Below, in pieces: positions 50,150 to 62,614 of a DNA stretch of 64,000 nt. Numbering within the stretch: position 1 is the first letter of the stretch; each line of letters starts with the position of its first letter. The DNA lies in contig NW_027362762.1 of assembly GCF_046119375.1 (NCBI RefSeq), positions 303,738,001-303,802,000 of the forward strand, given 5' to 3'. This DNA is from Phyllobates terribilis (taxonomy: Eukaryota). A program made the translations under genes and the position numbers. The notes below the pieces were generated by a model, which ran no database searches, had not been told where the DNA came from, and saw only the letters and a list, made by a program, of their open reading frames with translations.

Positions 50150-50745
50150 TACAGGTGGCTACAGGCAACACACATGAAGGAGACCCAACTTGAAGTGCAC
50201 ACATTTTCAAAAATCATGGGCAGACACCACTAAAGTGGTATCAATTTCCCAGGAGTAGAAATAGTATAATGGGGCTCTGACACCCCTTCTACTACAGGCA
50301 ACCAATGAGATGGAGACCCAACTTGTAGTCTTCATATTTCAAAAAATTATTGCCACACACCACTAAAGTGGCATAAATTTTCCAAGAGTAGAAATAGTAT
50401 AATGGTGCTCTGACACTCCTTCCACTACAGTCAACTCACCAAATGGAGACCCAACTTGGAGTCTCCACATTTCAAAAAGTTATTGCTACACACCATTAAA
50501 GTGGCAGTAATTTCCCGGAATAGAAATAGTATAATGGGGCTCTGACACCCCTTCCACTACAGGTAACTCACTAGATGGAGATCCAACTTGGAATCTCTAC
50601 ATTTCAAAAAGTTATTGCCATACAACACTAAAGTGGCATCAATTTCCCCAGAGTAGAAATAGTATAATGGGACTCTGACACCCCTTCCACTACAGGCAAA
50701 TCACCAGATGTAGACCCAACTTGGAGTCTCTACATTTCAAAAAAT
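50150..50745. repeat. 133-bp tandem repeat, about 5 copies (further degenerate copies from about 49730)
   Basis: gagacccaactt recurs at about 50180, 50313, 50446, 50578 and 50711. Confidence 0.88.
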
Positions 50746-50759
50746 TGTAGGGGGGTGCG

Positions 50760-53700
50760 CATTTGGCAAAATTTAATCTTGAACCTTGAATCTAGAAGAG
50801 GGACAACCCAGTAGTCAGCACTATTTCTAATCCTAGCAATACGGGCAAAAATCATGTTGAAGATAGTGCAGCAAGAAGGAGCTCATGTGTCGGGTGTTTC
50901 CATGAAGTCCAAGTCCTTGGTGTGTTGGTGGCGGGGTAACACTCAAGCTTGCTTCCTCCATCCCCTCCTGCCAACCACCAACAACAGAGAGAGGATCATT
51001 ATCCTCTTCATCTCCTGATTGTTGCGCGCCCATCAACTCTTTCTCCTCATCCTCCTCCAGTTGCTCCTCGGCTCCTGCACCTTCACTAACAGTTTGTCTG
51101 GTACCATGAGCCCCCTTTAATCGCTGTAATCCACCCTCCGATGGCACCCAACTGTGCGATGACAGTCCGGAACTTAGAAATATTGTGATCGCTTCCACAT
51201 CCTCCTCTGTTTCCTCCTCTTCCTCTGGGAACACCACCTCCTCCCGCAGACTATTCAAAGTGTGCTACAGCATGTAGATGACCGGAATATTGATGATCGC
51301 ATTGTCAGTGCTAACTATATTAGTAGCCATTTTGAAAGTGTGCAAAAGGGTGTAGAGGTCCTTCATCTGTGCCCACTCTGCAAGCGTGATTTGCACCATA
51401 TTTGTACTGCGTTGGCTCAGGCTATGCAAAATGACATACTGCACAGAGATCATAGATGCCTGCCACAGTTGCTGCAACATGTGCAGAATGGAAATCCACT
51501 GTGTTGGCACATTGCATATAAATCGGTTAAATGGCAGGCGGAAAGACCTCCGTAGCGATGCAAGTCGATGACCCGCAGGGTGTGATCAGTGGAAGTGAGC
51601 ACACAGCGATTGTGCTTTCTTCTGCAGCACACAGCGCATCCAGGCCAGGATAGTGGCACAGAAAATGCAGTATCAGCAGGTTGAGGATGTGAGCTATGCA
51701 AGGCACGTGTGTGAGGTTGCCCCGGCATAGGTGCACCACCAAGTTTGCACTGCTATCGCACACGGCCTTCCCTTATTCTATGTTCAGTGGAGATAGCTAT
51801 TGCTCAAACTTGGCCTGGATAGCTGTCCATAACTCTTGACCTGTGTGATTGCTATCTCCAAGGCATATTCATTTTAACACTGCCTGATTGCAGTTAGCAT
51901 TGCCTGCCCAGTATGGAGGTGAAGGGATACTCTCTGCACTATTAAAATGCATGTCTCATTAAGGCAGAGGTTGAGGGTGCAGGTGGAGTTCTTAGAGGAG
52001 GTGGAGGAGGCAGAAGCAGTGTAGGAAGTGTTAGATGCAGAGGTTTCTCCCACAAGCCTTGGGCATTTCAAGACTTGTGGAGCAGCCCCTTCTCCACATG
52101 CCCAAACAGTCACCAGAGTCAACCAGTGCCCAGTCAGCAAGATGTAACGCCCCTGGCCATGCTTTCTCCTTCTGGTGTCAGTGGTGAAGTTCACCCTGTC
52201 AGACATAGAATTTTTCAAGGAATGGGTGATGTTGTCTTCGACATGCTGGCGTAGCGCAGGCACAGCTTTCTTAGAGAAGTAATGGTGAATGGGCAAATGG
52301 TACTGAGGGACTGCGATGGCCATAAGCTTTTAGAAACCATCTGTATCCACCAGGCGGAAAGGCAGATTTCCATGGCCAACAGATTGGAGATGGTGAAGTT
52401 CAAGTTCTTAGCTTTGACATGTGTAAGAGAAAGCAATCTTTTATGTGACCACAACTGAGGGAACAAGGGCTCGCTGCTGTGCTGGCGAGGGTGGAAAAGG
52501 GTAAACACGACAAACAGCTATACTGAGTGAGGTGCAGGCAGAGATGTTATAGTGAATTAAGAAAGATGTGGTATGCACGTGTCTAAGATCTGTTAAAAAC
52601 AGCAGGCATGTCTACTTCCGTTACAGCTGATGGCCTCTCACTCACCCCAACTGTAGTGTGTAAACAAGTAGAGGTTCTGTGGCTGGAGACCTGTGTGACA
52701 ACACTTGCCATGGTGACGGAGGAGGAAGAAGCAGCAGATGCGGTAGATGGGGTGCCTGTGGTTGGCGAGGCCCGCTAGGCCACAAACTAACGCATTTTAA
52801 TCACGCATGTGCCGGTTCATGCATGTAGCAGTCAAATTATTTAAATTTTTCCTCTACTGAGTCGTTTTTTGCTAAGTTGGCAGATAACATGATTTAGGTA
52901 ATCCTTTGCAGTCTCCAAAAAGGCCCAAGCTAGGCAACCCTTGCCGCCCCTGCGAACTGGAGACCCACAACCGCTGCTGGCCGCAGCCAGAGTTTTGGCT
53001 GGTTGCATCACTCCGTGGTTGCATCACTCCGTGTCTGTGCGGGATGTCGCAACGTAACCTCCTCCACCTCCTCTGCTGATCTACTCAGCTGTGTGCCTCT
53101 GAATTCACACCAAGTGGTATCTACATCCTCATGGTCATCCTCTCTGTTCTCCCACTTCTCTCACTGACAGCACAGTACAGTCCGCGTGCACCTCAGGTAT
53201 CTGAGTCTCATCTGGATCACCTCCATTCCTGGGGGTTAATATCTGGTGACGAGGTCCAGGATTCTGCTTGAAGCCTATTTTGTCCGGCCCCGGATCCAAC
53301 AGAAAAACATTTTAAGTATCGGTGCAGATTCTTTCCTCCTCTTGAGTCTGTGAATCTTTGGAGCAGACATCTGATGCCCATGGAACAGAATGTGGGAACA
53401 GCTCAGCAGGTTCGTCCATCTATGGTTCCCCACAGTCAGTTGGGTGGTTGGAGAATTGTGACGCGGGGGGAAGCAAAGGTAATTGGGATATCACCTCTGA
53501 GGACTGTACCGTATGTGATGTTAAAGTGGAGGAAGAGGAGGAGAGGCCACTTGATGCAGCGCTTGTCACCAACTGGAGCACATATTCTTTCTGGCCTTCA
53601 TCTGCAAGGCGTACTGCTGTGTGGCTGCCAAGGAAAGGGAGTTGAGTAGCCCGTCTAGTAACAGAAGTTGTTAGTTGTCTTTGGATAGGATGAGCCTGTG

Positions 53701-53815
53701 TTTGTTCAGTAGAGATTTCAGTAACATTACCACCTATACCTTGAACACCAAGCCTATTCCCACTTCCACCACAACCACAACCTCGCTTTTACCCACTCAT
53801 GTTGGATGTACCTTC
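50760..53815 (-). pseudogene. Divergent hAT transposase lacking the C-terminal dimerisation domain
   Basis: LTHVPCIAHILNLL, VNFTTDTRRRKHGQGRYILLTGHW, MPTQWISILHML and YWVVPLLDSRFK. The last motif abuts the 133-bp array directly. Confidence 0.8.
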
Positions 53816-56112
53816 CCATCTTTTAACCAGCTGTTTCACAACCCTAGGCCGAGACCTGGCAGTCACCTGTCACTAAATTTACAATCAGTATTTATTTACT
53901 GAGATAGTGTGGCTGGTCACAGAATTAGAACAAAAGATTTATATGCTGAAATGTCGACTGGTGTCTGGACCACACAATTAGCACACAAGATTTAGATCCT
54001 GAATTGTGGACTGGTGTCTGGACCACACAATTAGCACAAAGGAATTAGTTGCTGAAATGTGGACCACACAATTAGCATAAATTATTGATATGCTGGATGG
54101 TCAATTTAACACAGGATCCTATCTATCTGGACTAGCTGACAATAAACCGCCTAGCTACCATAAATGTCAGGATATTACAGCACTAATCGCACTGGGATCG
54201 CGTCTGATGACCACGGTTTTAGGAAGTGGCCTTATAGATGTGGTATTAGTCAGCGACCAAGTGTGAATAGGTTCAACAAAACACAGCTGCTGACTGTAAA
54301 TGGATTATAATATTTGGCACGCTCCACAAAATGTGTGTATTATTATTGCAGTAATATGGGATCCCAACTAATGATGGAAACGTTTCTCTGCTTCCACGAT
54401 ACAGCAACACAAATAAAATCAAAAAAATCAGGCTGTATTCTGCAAACAAGCAAATTGAGCAGTAAAATAGTGTACTCTATTGCTTTTAAGCAAATAATCA
54501 GGATTAAGAGAAAAAAAATAGACCTGATATGTAGAGCTATGGATATCAGTAACAGCAGAAGCAGACAGAACATGCAATGGACCCTATCGTACTGTATACA
54601 TGGTCAACAAACCCTGCCTGCCAAAGTCCTGATATCACGAGTAGTGATGAGTGAGCACTAAATTGCTCGGGTACTCATTGCTCGGGTTGAGCAAATTGGA
54701 ATGTTCGAGTGCTCAGTCTAAGTAATGAGCCCAATGTAAGTCTATGGGAAATTCGTGTATTTTTCCGGTGGCCCCCACCGGCAGTCTGCAGAGGGCCTAA
54801 AAATTGTCCAAATCGATGGGAACAGTGCTCAAATGACATGGGAACAGCATGGGGAAGACCCCTGGAAACATCTCTGACTCCCAGATCACTGCTGTCAGCA
54901 ACGTTGCTATCCAGTTATAGGATATGCAGTGAGTCCAAACGGCTGCCAAAATTTAGGAAAAACCCCACTAACAATTTAAAGACTCATAGAGCTGGGCCAC
55001 AGTAATGACATGTTCCCATTAGAAAGGAGAGGGTCTTCTATCCAGTAATAGGGTATGCAGTGAGTCCACCGGCTGCAATAATTGAGGAAAACCCCACTAA
55101 CAATTTAAACACACATAGAGCTGGGCCACAGTAACGACATGTTCCCATTAGAAAGGAGAGGGTCTGCTATCCAATTATAGGGTATGCAGTAAGTCCAATG
55201 GCTCACAAAATTTAGGAAAAACCCTACTAACAATTTAAAGACACATGGAGCTGGGCTACAGTAATGAGTACGACATGTTTCTATTAAAAAGGAGTGGATC
55301 TGCCATACTGTTTGCCTATGCAGTGAATGCAATGGCTGCCAAAAATTTGGAGGCACTCCAATGCCCCTTGCAAGAGATGTAGAGGTCGGAGGGCCTCCTG
55401 AAAACAATGTTCCCATTATTATGAAGTGGGTCTCCCATACTGTTTGCCTATGCAGTGAATGCAACGGCTGCCAAAAATTTGGAGGAACTCCAGTTTCCCT
55501 TTGCAAGAGACGTAGAGATTGGAGGGCCTAATGAAAACAATGTTCCCATTATTAGGAAGTAGGTCTCCCATACTGTTTGCCTATGCAGTGAATGCAAAGG
55601 CTACCAAAAATTTGGAAGAACTCCTGTGTCCCTTGCAAGAGACATAGATATGGTGATATGGTAGATATGGTGGTGATATTGAGGAGGATGTGGAGGATGA
55701 TGATAAGGAGGAGGACAAGAACAAAAAAACAAAAGGAGGAAGCATATACACATGTCGGGGTGTGAAGACAGAGGTGCATAGAAATATAGAGTTAGACCTC
55801 CCAAAAAAAATGCTAGCGGCAGGGCAGGCCCAGACCCCTAAGGCATAGAGAGCCAGTTCATGCCATGTGACCAGCTTGGATACCCAATAATTATAAGGCA
55901 CAGACCGTTGGTACGGTCGGCAAGTTACTTCCTCACCATATTCCGAAACTTTTCCCTCCTTGGGAGAGTACCCCGCACCTCAGGGCCTGTGCAATGGGAG
56001 GGTCTGTGAAAACTGTCCCAGAACTTTGACAGTGTTCCCCTGCCTCTACTGGATTGCATTTGTGTCTCTCTTGCCTGTACTCCTTGGTTGTCCAACCAAC
56101 AGTGACCTCTGC

Positions 56113-57944
56113 GTTTTCAGAAAATGATCTTGCTGCGGAATGCACGGTTCTTCTTCTTGAACCATGGAAGGAAGTGCTGTTTGAGAAACTCAACATACAT
56201 TATGGAGTTCATCTTTACCCCTTCAAGGATCCTAAAAGGGCCGACATTCTCTCTCCCCATGATTCCAGCCCAAAACATTACTCCACCTCTTTCTTGTTAG
56301 CGCCGTAGCCGTGTTTGCATGGGGTGTCCATCAACCAGCCATCCTCCACTCCATCCATCTGGACCATCGAGATCATTTCATGCATATTAATGCACCGTTT
56401 CATGCTGCATATAACACATCTGCATCTCTGGCTGCTATGGGCATAAAAGGGGACAAACTTATGGTGTGGCACCCATGCTCCCCTGACCTCAACCCCATTG
56501 AGAACCTCTGGAGCATCATCAAAAGGAGTGTCTATGATGGCGGGTGGCAGTTCACATTTAAGCAACAGCTCTGGGAGGGTATTCTGTCCTCATGCAAAAC
56601 AATTAAAGCAGAAACCATCCAAAACCTGACAAATTCAATGGACGAGAGAGTTCAGAAGCTCCTTTCGAACAAGGGGTCCTATGTGCAAATGTAACATCAC
56701 CTAGAATAAAGTTTTGAGTTGAAAACTGTTTGATTTCAGTTTGTAATAACCTGCTAATGCTTATAATTTCAAAAATTACAATTTTTTTGTTCTTTATTAA
56801 AATGAAAAGGTTGAAAACTCTGCTGTGCATAATAATTTGGAACATGCATTTTGAGTGCAGTTTGAGTTTTTTATTTTTTTAAAAATATACTGTTATCATA
56901 GGCAGTTTGTACAAAATCCTTTCAATTGTACTCTAAGGCTGGGTGCCCACGTAGCGTTTTACAAGCGTTTATGCTGCGGAATTTCCGCAGCATAAACGCT
57001 TGGGAAACGCTTGGTAATCCGTCCCCATGGTCCCCAATGACAAGCCGCAATGTCAATGCCCATGCTGCGGTTTTTTCCACAGCGTTTATGCTGCGCTCAA
57101 AAATCTGCAGCATGTCCATTAATTTTGCGGACACGCAGCGTAATCACCGCCATAAACTTGCATTGGACCGCGTGACATCCGCGTCACTGCATTTGCACAT
57201 GCGGATATCACACGGTTCAATGTGCGGATGGTACCCAAGTCTGGAGGAGAGAAGACTCTCATCCAGACCTGGGTACCATAGAAACTGTAAAAAAAAGAAT
57301 TTAAAATAAAAAATTAAGTTTATACTCACCTTCTGATGTCTTCCCGGTGTTTTGCCTGTTCCGTCCGGTGTCTTGCAATGTTCGCGTTGATGTGAAGGAC
57401 CTGCCATGACGTCACTGAGTCATGTGACCCATCACATGGCTCAATGACGTCAACGCAGGTCCTTCATACCTCCGCAAGCAGTGCAAGACACCGGACGGAG
57501 CAGAAAAAACACCGGGAAGACATCAGAAGGTGAGTATAAACTTTATTTTTTTTATTTTTCACCATTCTTATTCTTTTTTTTAACTAACTTGGTCACACTA
57601 CTATAAATCCATGCCGGTTGCATGGATTTATATAGTGTGAACAAGTTGTCAAGCACTTTTCCAAGTGATGCTAAAATCGCTTGGAAAAGCGCTTGATAAC
57701 CCGCATGCAGAAATGCATGCAAAGACGCTTCACAAACGCTTCTACCTGGCGGGAAAACCGCATTTAAAATCCGCATGCGTTTTTCCTGCCAGGGAGAAGC
57801 GTAAAAAATATGCAGCATTTTCGTATCGTGGGCACTTAGCCTAATTGTTATTTGACTGGAAAATTACAATGACTGCAATTCATATAGGTATTTTGGGAAA
57901 ATCTGAGAAAATATTATTTGCATAATAATTTGGAACACAATGTA
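56113..57944 (+). mobile_element. Tc1 3' remnant with an inverted internal segment
   Basis: ORF 56311-56694 gives CSPDLNPIENLWSIIKR. TIR-like end GCATAATAATTTGGAACACAATG then TA near 57944. 56113-56370 encodes upstream Tc1 sequence on the - strand. Confidence 0.88.
56937..57841. mobile_element. PIF/Harbinger-type MITE (905 bp) with a long central palindrome
   Basis: TAA|GGCTGGGTGCCCACG ... CGTGGGCACTTAGCC|TAA (3-bp TSD). Inverted arms at about 57305-57560. Confidence 0.88.
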
Positions 57945-58060
57945 ATGTGGTCATTTCGGAGATGGAGGCTGAAGAGGAGGAGGTGCAGAAGCTGTAAATT
58001 GTGAAGGCAACCCTGATTGACCCAGGGCCCGCAATCCTCGGCATCGGTAAGACTTGTTAC

Positions 58061-58482
58061 TGTTAGAACTCTCCTGTTAGGTTTTTTTTAGTTTGCTGGT
58101 CACATGACCATTTTTGCCTATTTAATCCGGCTCCACCCTCCTGGCCTTGCTGGACTTCATTGTATTTACTACTCTAGAGCTAGCTTGGTGCTCTGTTGCT
58201 GTTCTCTGTTAGTTTTGCTAGGTCTTCTGACCTCTATGCTTTTTGTTGTGTGTTTGTCTTTGACTGCTACTATTTCTGCTAGGAGGTGTCCAACTTATCC
58301 CAGTCCCTAGTTCTTGTAGGGATCCCTCCCTCACATCTATAGGTCTTCGTACAGACTAGCCGAGGACTTTAGCGGGTCTGATCGCAGGATCAGGTTCCCC
58401 GTTACATCGTAGGGATCTAGTTTAGTTCTATTGTAGGGACAGATCTCCTGTCTTTCCTTAGTCCCTGTAGCAGATCATAACA
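58061..58482 (+). repeat. 5' LTR of Gypsy C
   Basis: Direct repeat of 62615-63021. Confidence 0.95.
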
Positions 58483-58550
58483 GTAAGTCCAGCCCTAAAA
58501 GAAAAAAAAAAAAAAAATTTTCTCTAAGGAAAGACCTCCAGTTTTCCATT

Positions 58551-59674
58551 ATGGTCTCAGTTCAAGATTTGGCTCAACGCTTGCAGGGACTCTCTCTGGA
58601 GGTGGTTAAGCTCCAACAACACGTGAGTAGCTGTTCTGGAGCACATTATGTGGAACCAAAGGTACGTCTGCCTGATTTATTTTTTGGCGAACAACAAGAT
58701 TTTTTTTCTTTTAAAAATGCTTGTTTATTGTATTTTCGTTTGAGACCCAGATCCTCTGAGGGTTCATAATGTCACTTTTGCGCAAAGATCCTCAGGGATG
58801 GGCCTTCTCTCTCCTACCTAGTGATCCGTTCTTTAGATCAGTGAATAGTTTTTTCTCTGCTTTGGGTTTGTTGTACGATGATTCTGATCATGTCTCATCT
58901 GCTGAGTCTGAATTGAGACGTTTGAGGCAGGGATCAGGTAATGTGGAAAAATATTGTTCTCACTTCCGTCGGTGGTCTGCCCAGGTGGGGTGGAACGATT
59001 CAGCTTTGAAAAGCTTGTTTCTTGCAGGGCTAGGTGAAAGGGTTAAGGATTTACTGATTGCTTATCCCACACCTGGAAACTTGCAGGAGGCAATGCAATT
59101 AGCTATATGGGTGGACAGGAGACTGCGTGCAAGGGTTAACGAGAGCAAATCCTCTGCTATGTCAGCTCCGAGTCCTGAGAGGGTCTGTGCTGACAATGGA
59201 GAGCCGATGGAGATTGGGGCGATGGCACCCCGCTCTCAGGAAAAAGACCGCAGGCTTTCTGAAGGCTTGTGCTTCTATTGCGGAAATTCTGGTCATTTTA
59301 TTAAGAACTGTGTGCTTCGTATGAAGAAAGAAAAAAAAATGGTCAGTCATGCACATATTGCCTGTTTAAATTCTAAGGGAGTATTCCTATCTGCTACTAC
59401 CGCTGCTCAGGATGAATTAATTGAATTTCGGGTATTTGTGGATTGTGGTTCTACTCTGAATGTGATTGATGGGGGATGCTTGGAAAAACTTAGATTAGAA
59501 CCTAAAACTTTGTCATCCCCTATTGCTGTGGTTTCTGTTGATGGCTCTCCCTTGAAGAGTGTTACTCATAAGGTCTGTGAATTTCCCCTCACTATTAATG
59601 GTATTCATCAAGAGAATTTGGATTTGGTAGTATTGGATAATTTGCCTTCTCCAGTAATATTGGGGTTACCCTGA
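58551..59674 (+). pseudogene. gag: Gypsy C gag-protease (one frameshift at about 58768, then TGA)
   Basis: EPKVRLPDLFFGE, CFYCGNSGHFIKNC knuckle and FVDCGSTLNVID protease. Confidence 0.9.
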
Positions 59675-59773
59675 TTAAAATTGCTCAATCCTGTACTGGA
59701 TTGATCTACCAATGAAATTAAGTCCTGGAGCCCTAAGTGTTATGACAAGTGTTGTAACGGGCGTATTGCTGCG

Positions 59774-62602
59774 GTGGAAAAAGGGGAATTACCTGTACCT
59801 ATTCAGGATTTTTGGAGAGTTTTTTCTGAGGAGGAGTCACAAATTTTGCCTCCCCATAGAGACTATGATTGTACCATTGAATTTGTCCCTGGAGCGACTC
59901 TTCCTAAAAGTCGTTTATTTAATCTTACTATTCCTGAGAGAAAGGCTTTGGAGGAATACATACAGACAAGCTTGGCCGCTGGTCACATTAGGCCTTCCAA
60001 GTCTCCTGTGGCTGTTGGATTTTTTTTTGTTAAAAAAAAAGATGGCAGTTTACGTCCTTGTCTGGACTTTCGTGAGATTAATAAAATTACTGTACGCAAT
60101 CCTTACCCACTGCCATTGATTCCTGATTTATTTAACCAGTTAGTGGGGGCCAAGTGGTTCTCTAAAATTGATCTCCGGGGGGCATACAATTTGTTGCGCA
60201 TGAAGGAGGGTGATGAATGGAAGACTGCTTTTAACACTCCTGTGGGTCATTTTGAGAATCTGGTGATGCCTTTTGGTCTTACCAATGCTCCAGCATTTTT
60301 TCAGAATCTTATTAATGACATCCTTAGACCTTTAATCGGCAAAAATGTGGTTGTGTATTTGGATGACATTCTGATTTATTCGCCTGATCTGGAGTCTCAT
60401 TGGCGGAGTGTACGTGAGGTATTACAGTTATTAATGGACAATTCGCTTTTTGCTAAGCTGGAGAAATGTGAGTTCGCTGTACAGCGAATTAGTTTTTTGG
60501 GCTACATTATCTCCAGTGAGGGCTTTGAGATGGACCCGGTGAAAGTTCAAGCTGTGCAGGAATGGCCTAGGCCTATTGGTTTGAAATCGATACAGAGGTT
60601 TTTGGGTTTCGCCAATTATTACAGAAAATTCATAAAAAAATTTTCTATTATTGTCAAACCGCTGACCGATCTCACCAGGAAAGGTGCTAATGCGGTTCAG
60701 TGGACTTCTGAGGCCATTGAAGCTTTTGTGTTTCTAATGGAGAGGTTCACCTCTGCTCCCATCCATATGGAGCCTGATGTGACTAAGCCGTTTTTGGTTG
60801 AGGTTGTTGCTTCTTCGGTGGGGGTTGGTGCAGTGTTGTCTCAGGAAAACAAGGATGGAGTACATCCCTGTGCCTTTCTTTCAAAAAAATTTTCTGAGAC
60901 TGAACTTAGTTACGATATTGGTAATCGGGAATTGCTGGCGATTAAACTCGCATTTGAACACTGGCGTCACCTCTTGGAAGGTGCTGAATTTTCCATTCAG
61001 GTTTTTACTGATCATAAAAATCTGATCTATCTTGATGCTGCCAAGCGCTTGAATGCCCGTCAGGCTAGGTGGGCACTTTTTTTCTCGCGGTTTAATTTTT
61101 CCGTTACTTACATCCCGGGTACCAAGAATGTTAAAGCGGATGCTTTGTCTCGCAGCTTTTCTCCCATGGTCGGTGTTGAGGAGGAAGAGGAGAACATTTT
61201 ACAAGAAGGTGTTGTGATTGCTGCTTTGGACTCCGTTTTGGAGGATGAGATTCTTAAAGCTCAGGAGAATGCCCCATCTAACTCTCCCCATGGGAGGTTG
61301 TTTGTTCCTAGGACCTTTAGGAGAGATTTGTTTGTTGAGTGTCAGGAGTCTCGGTTGGCAGGTCATCCAGGAATTTCTGAGACCAAGAGACTTGTGTGTC
61401 GCAGTTTTTGGTGGCCTGGATGGCAGAAGGAAGTCATTAAGTGGGTGCGCCAATGTACTGTGTGTGCTAGATCCAAGTCTTCGCATGCTCCTGCTGCGGG
61501 GTTGCTTTGCCCTCTGGAGGTTCCTAGTGCACCTTGGACACATCTGGCTATGGACTTTATTACTGACCTTCCTCCCTCTGAAGGTTTCACGGTCATCTGG
61601 GTGGTCGTGGACCGTTTTAGCAAGATGTGTCACTTGGTTCCCTTCATCAAACTGCCTTGCGCTAAGACACTCGCTAAGGCCTTTGTCAAGGAAATTGTCA
61701 GACTACATGGTGTTCCTACTGACATTGTTTCTGATAGGGGACCTCAGTTTGTGGCTCGTTTTTGGCGTGCCTTTTGTGACAGGTTGGGAGTTCATTTGTC
61801 GTTTTCATCCGGATATCATCCTGAGTCTAATGGCCAGACAGAAAGGAAGAACCAGGATGTTGAGCAGTTCTTGCGTTGTTTTGTGGCAGACAATCAAGAG
61901 GGGTGGTCTGAGTTTCTGCCACTTGCTGAATTTGCTCTTAACAACCATACATCCTCTTCTGCTGGGTGTTCGCCTTTTTTTTGTTGTTCTGGGAGACATC
62001 CGTCTTTTGGGTCATTCTCCAAATTGGTTTCGGCTGTGCCTGAGGAGGAGAGTTTTTCCGGTGATTTGGAGAGAGTTTGGACGGATGTGCGTGGTAATCT
62101 TCAGGAGGCTAACAAAAAATCTAAGCGGTACTTTGATAGGAAACGGCAAGAGGTTTTGTTTGCTGTTGGTGACATGGTTTGGTTGTCCTCTAAGAATCTG
62201 CGATTGAGGATTCCTTCTAAAAAATTGGGTCCCAAGTTCGTAGGGCCCTTTAAGGTGCTTCAGATAGTTAACCAATCTGCTGTTAGGTTGGAGGTTCCTA
62301 CGTCCTGGAAGATTAACCCGGTGTTTCATGTTTCTCTGTTGAAAAATGCTGATGTGTCGGATGGTGACGCCTCTGCCACTGTTCCTCCGGTGGTGGAGGA
62401 CGGGGAATATGAAATTTCCCGCATCCTAAATTCTAGACGGTATAGAGGGAGTTTTCAGTATCTCGTCGCTTGGAAGGGTTTCGGACCTGAGGATATCTCA
62501 TGGGTGAGGGCGGATGATGTTTCTGCTTTCAGACTTGTCAGAGCTTTTCACAGGAGGTTTCCTGGTATGCCTGGGCCTAGGGGATCCGGAGGATCCTCTT
62601 AG
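59774..62602 (+). CDS. pol: Gypsy C pol: uninterrupted RT-RNase H-integrase-chromodomain (942 aa)
   Basis: VVYLDDILIYS, AGHPGISET..CTVC (HHCC region), MDFITDLP/VSDRGPQF/QTERKNQ (DDE) and chromodomain EYEISRILNSRRYRGSFQYLVAWKGFGPEDISWV. Confidence 0.95.
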   Translation: MEKGELPVPIQDFWRVFSEEESQILPPHRDYDCTIEFVPGATLPKSRLFNLTIPERKALEEYIQTSLAAGHIRPSKSPVAVGFFFVKKKDGSLRPCLDFREINKITVRNPYPLPLIPDLFNQLVGAKWFSKIDLRGAYNLLRMKEGDEWKTAFNTPVGHFENLVMPFGLTNAPAFFQNLINDILRPLIGKNVVVYLDDILIYSPDLESHWRSVREVLQLLMDNSLFAKLEKCEFAVQRISFLGYIISSEGFEMDPVKVQAVQEWPRPIGLKSIQRFLGFANYYRKFIKKFSIIVKPLTDLTRKGANAVQWTSEAIEAFVFLMERFTSAPIHMEPDVTKPFLVEVVASSVGVGAVLSQENKDGVHPCAFLSKKFSETELSYDIGNRELLAIKLAFEHWRHLLEGAEFSIQVFTDHKNLIYLDAAKRLNARQARWALFFSRFNFSVTYIPGTKNVKADALSRSFSPMVGVEEEEENILQEGVVIAALDSVLEDEILKAQENAPSNSPHGRLFVPRTFRRDLFVECQESRLAGHPGISETKRLVCRSFWWPGWQKEVIKWVRQCTVCARSKSSHAPAAGLLCPLEVPSAPWTHLAMDFITDLPPSEGFTVIWVVVDRFSKMCHLVPFIKLPCAKTLAKAFVKEIVRLHGVPTDIVSDRGPQFVARFWRAFCDRLGVHLSFSSGYHPESNGQTERKNQDVEQFLRCFVADNQEGWSEFLPLAEFALNNHTSSSAGCSPFFCCSGRHPSFGSFSKLVSAVPEEESFSGDLERVWTDVRGNLQEANKKSKRYFDRKRQEVLFAVGDMVWLSSKNLRLRIPSKKLGPKFVGPFKVLQIVNQSAVRLEVPTSWKINPVFHVSLLKNADVSDGDASATVPPVVEDGEYEISRILNSRRYRGSFQYLVAWKGFGPEDISWVRADDVSAFRLVRAFHRRFPGMPGPRGSGGSS

Positions 62603-62614
62603 AAGAGGGGGTAC

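Larger units (their letters stand above)
49650..54641 (-). mobile_element. hAT copy 5: older, divergent subfamily remnant (left boundary approximate; right part interrupted by copy 4)
   Basis: Transposase remnants plus subterminal arrays. 54350-54640 matches the reverse complement of the hAT 5' subterminal region at about 1000-1250. Confidence 0.7.

Noticed and set aside
58765-58771. TAATG stop-start overlap in Gypsy C gag, suggestive of termination-reinitiation
   Set aside because: It falls inside a conserved capsid motif that appears to have lost several codons, so a small deletion is the simpler explanation.
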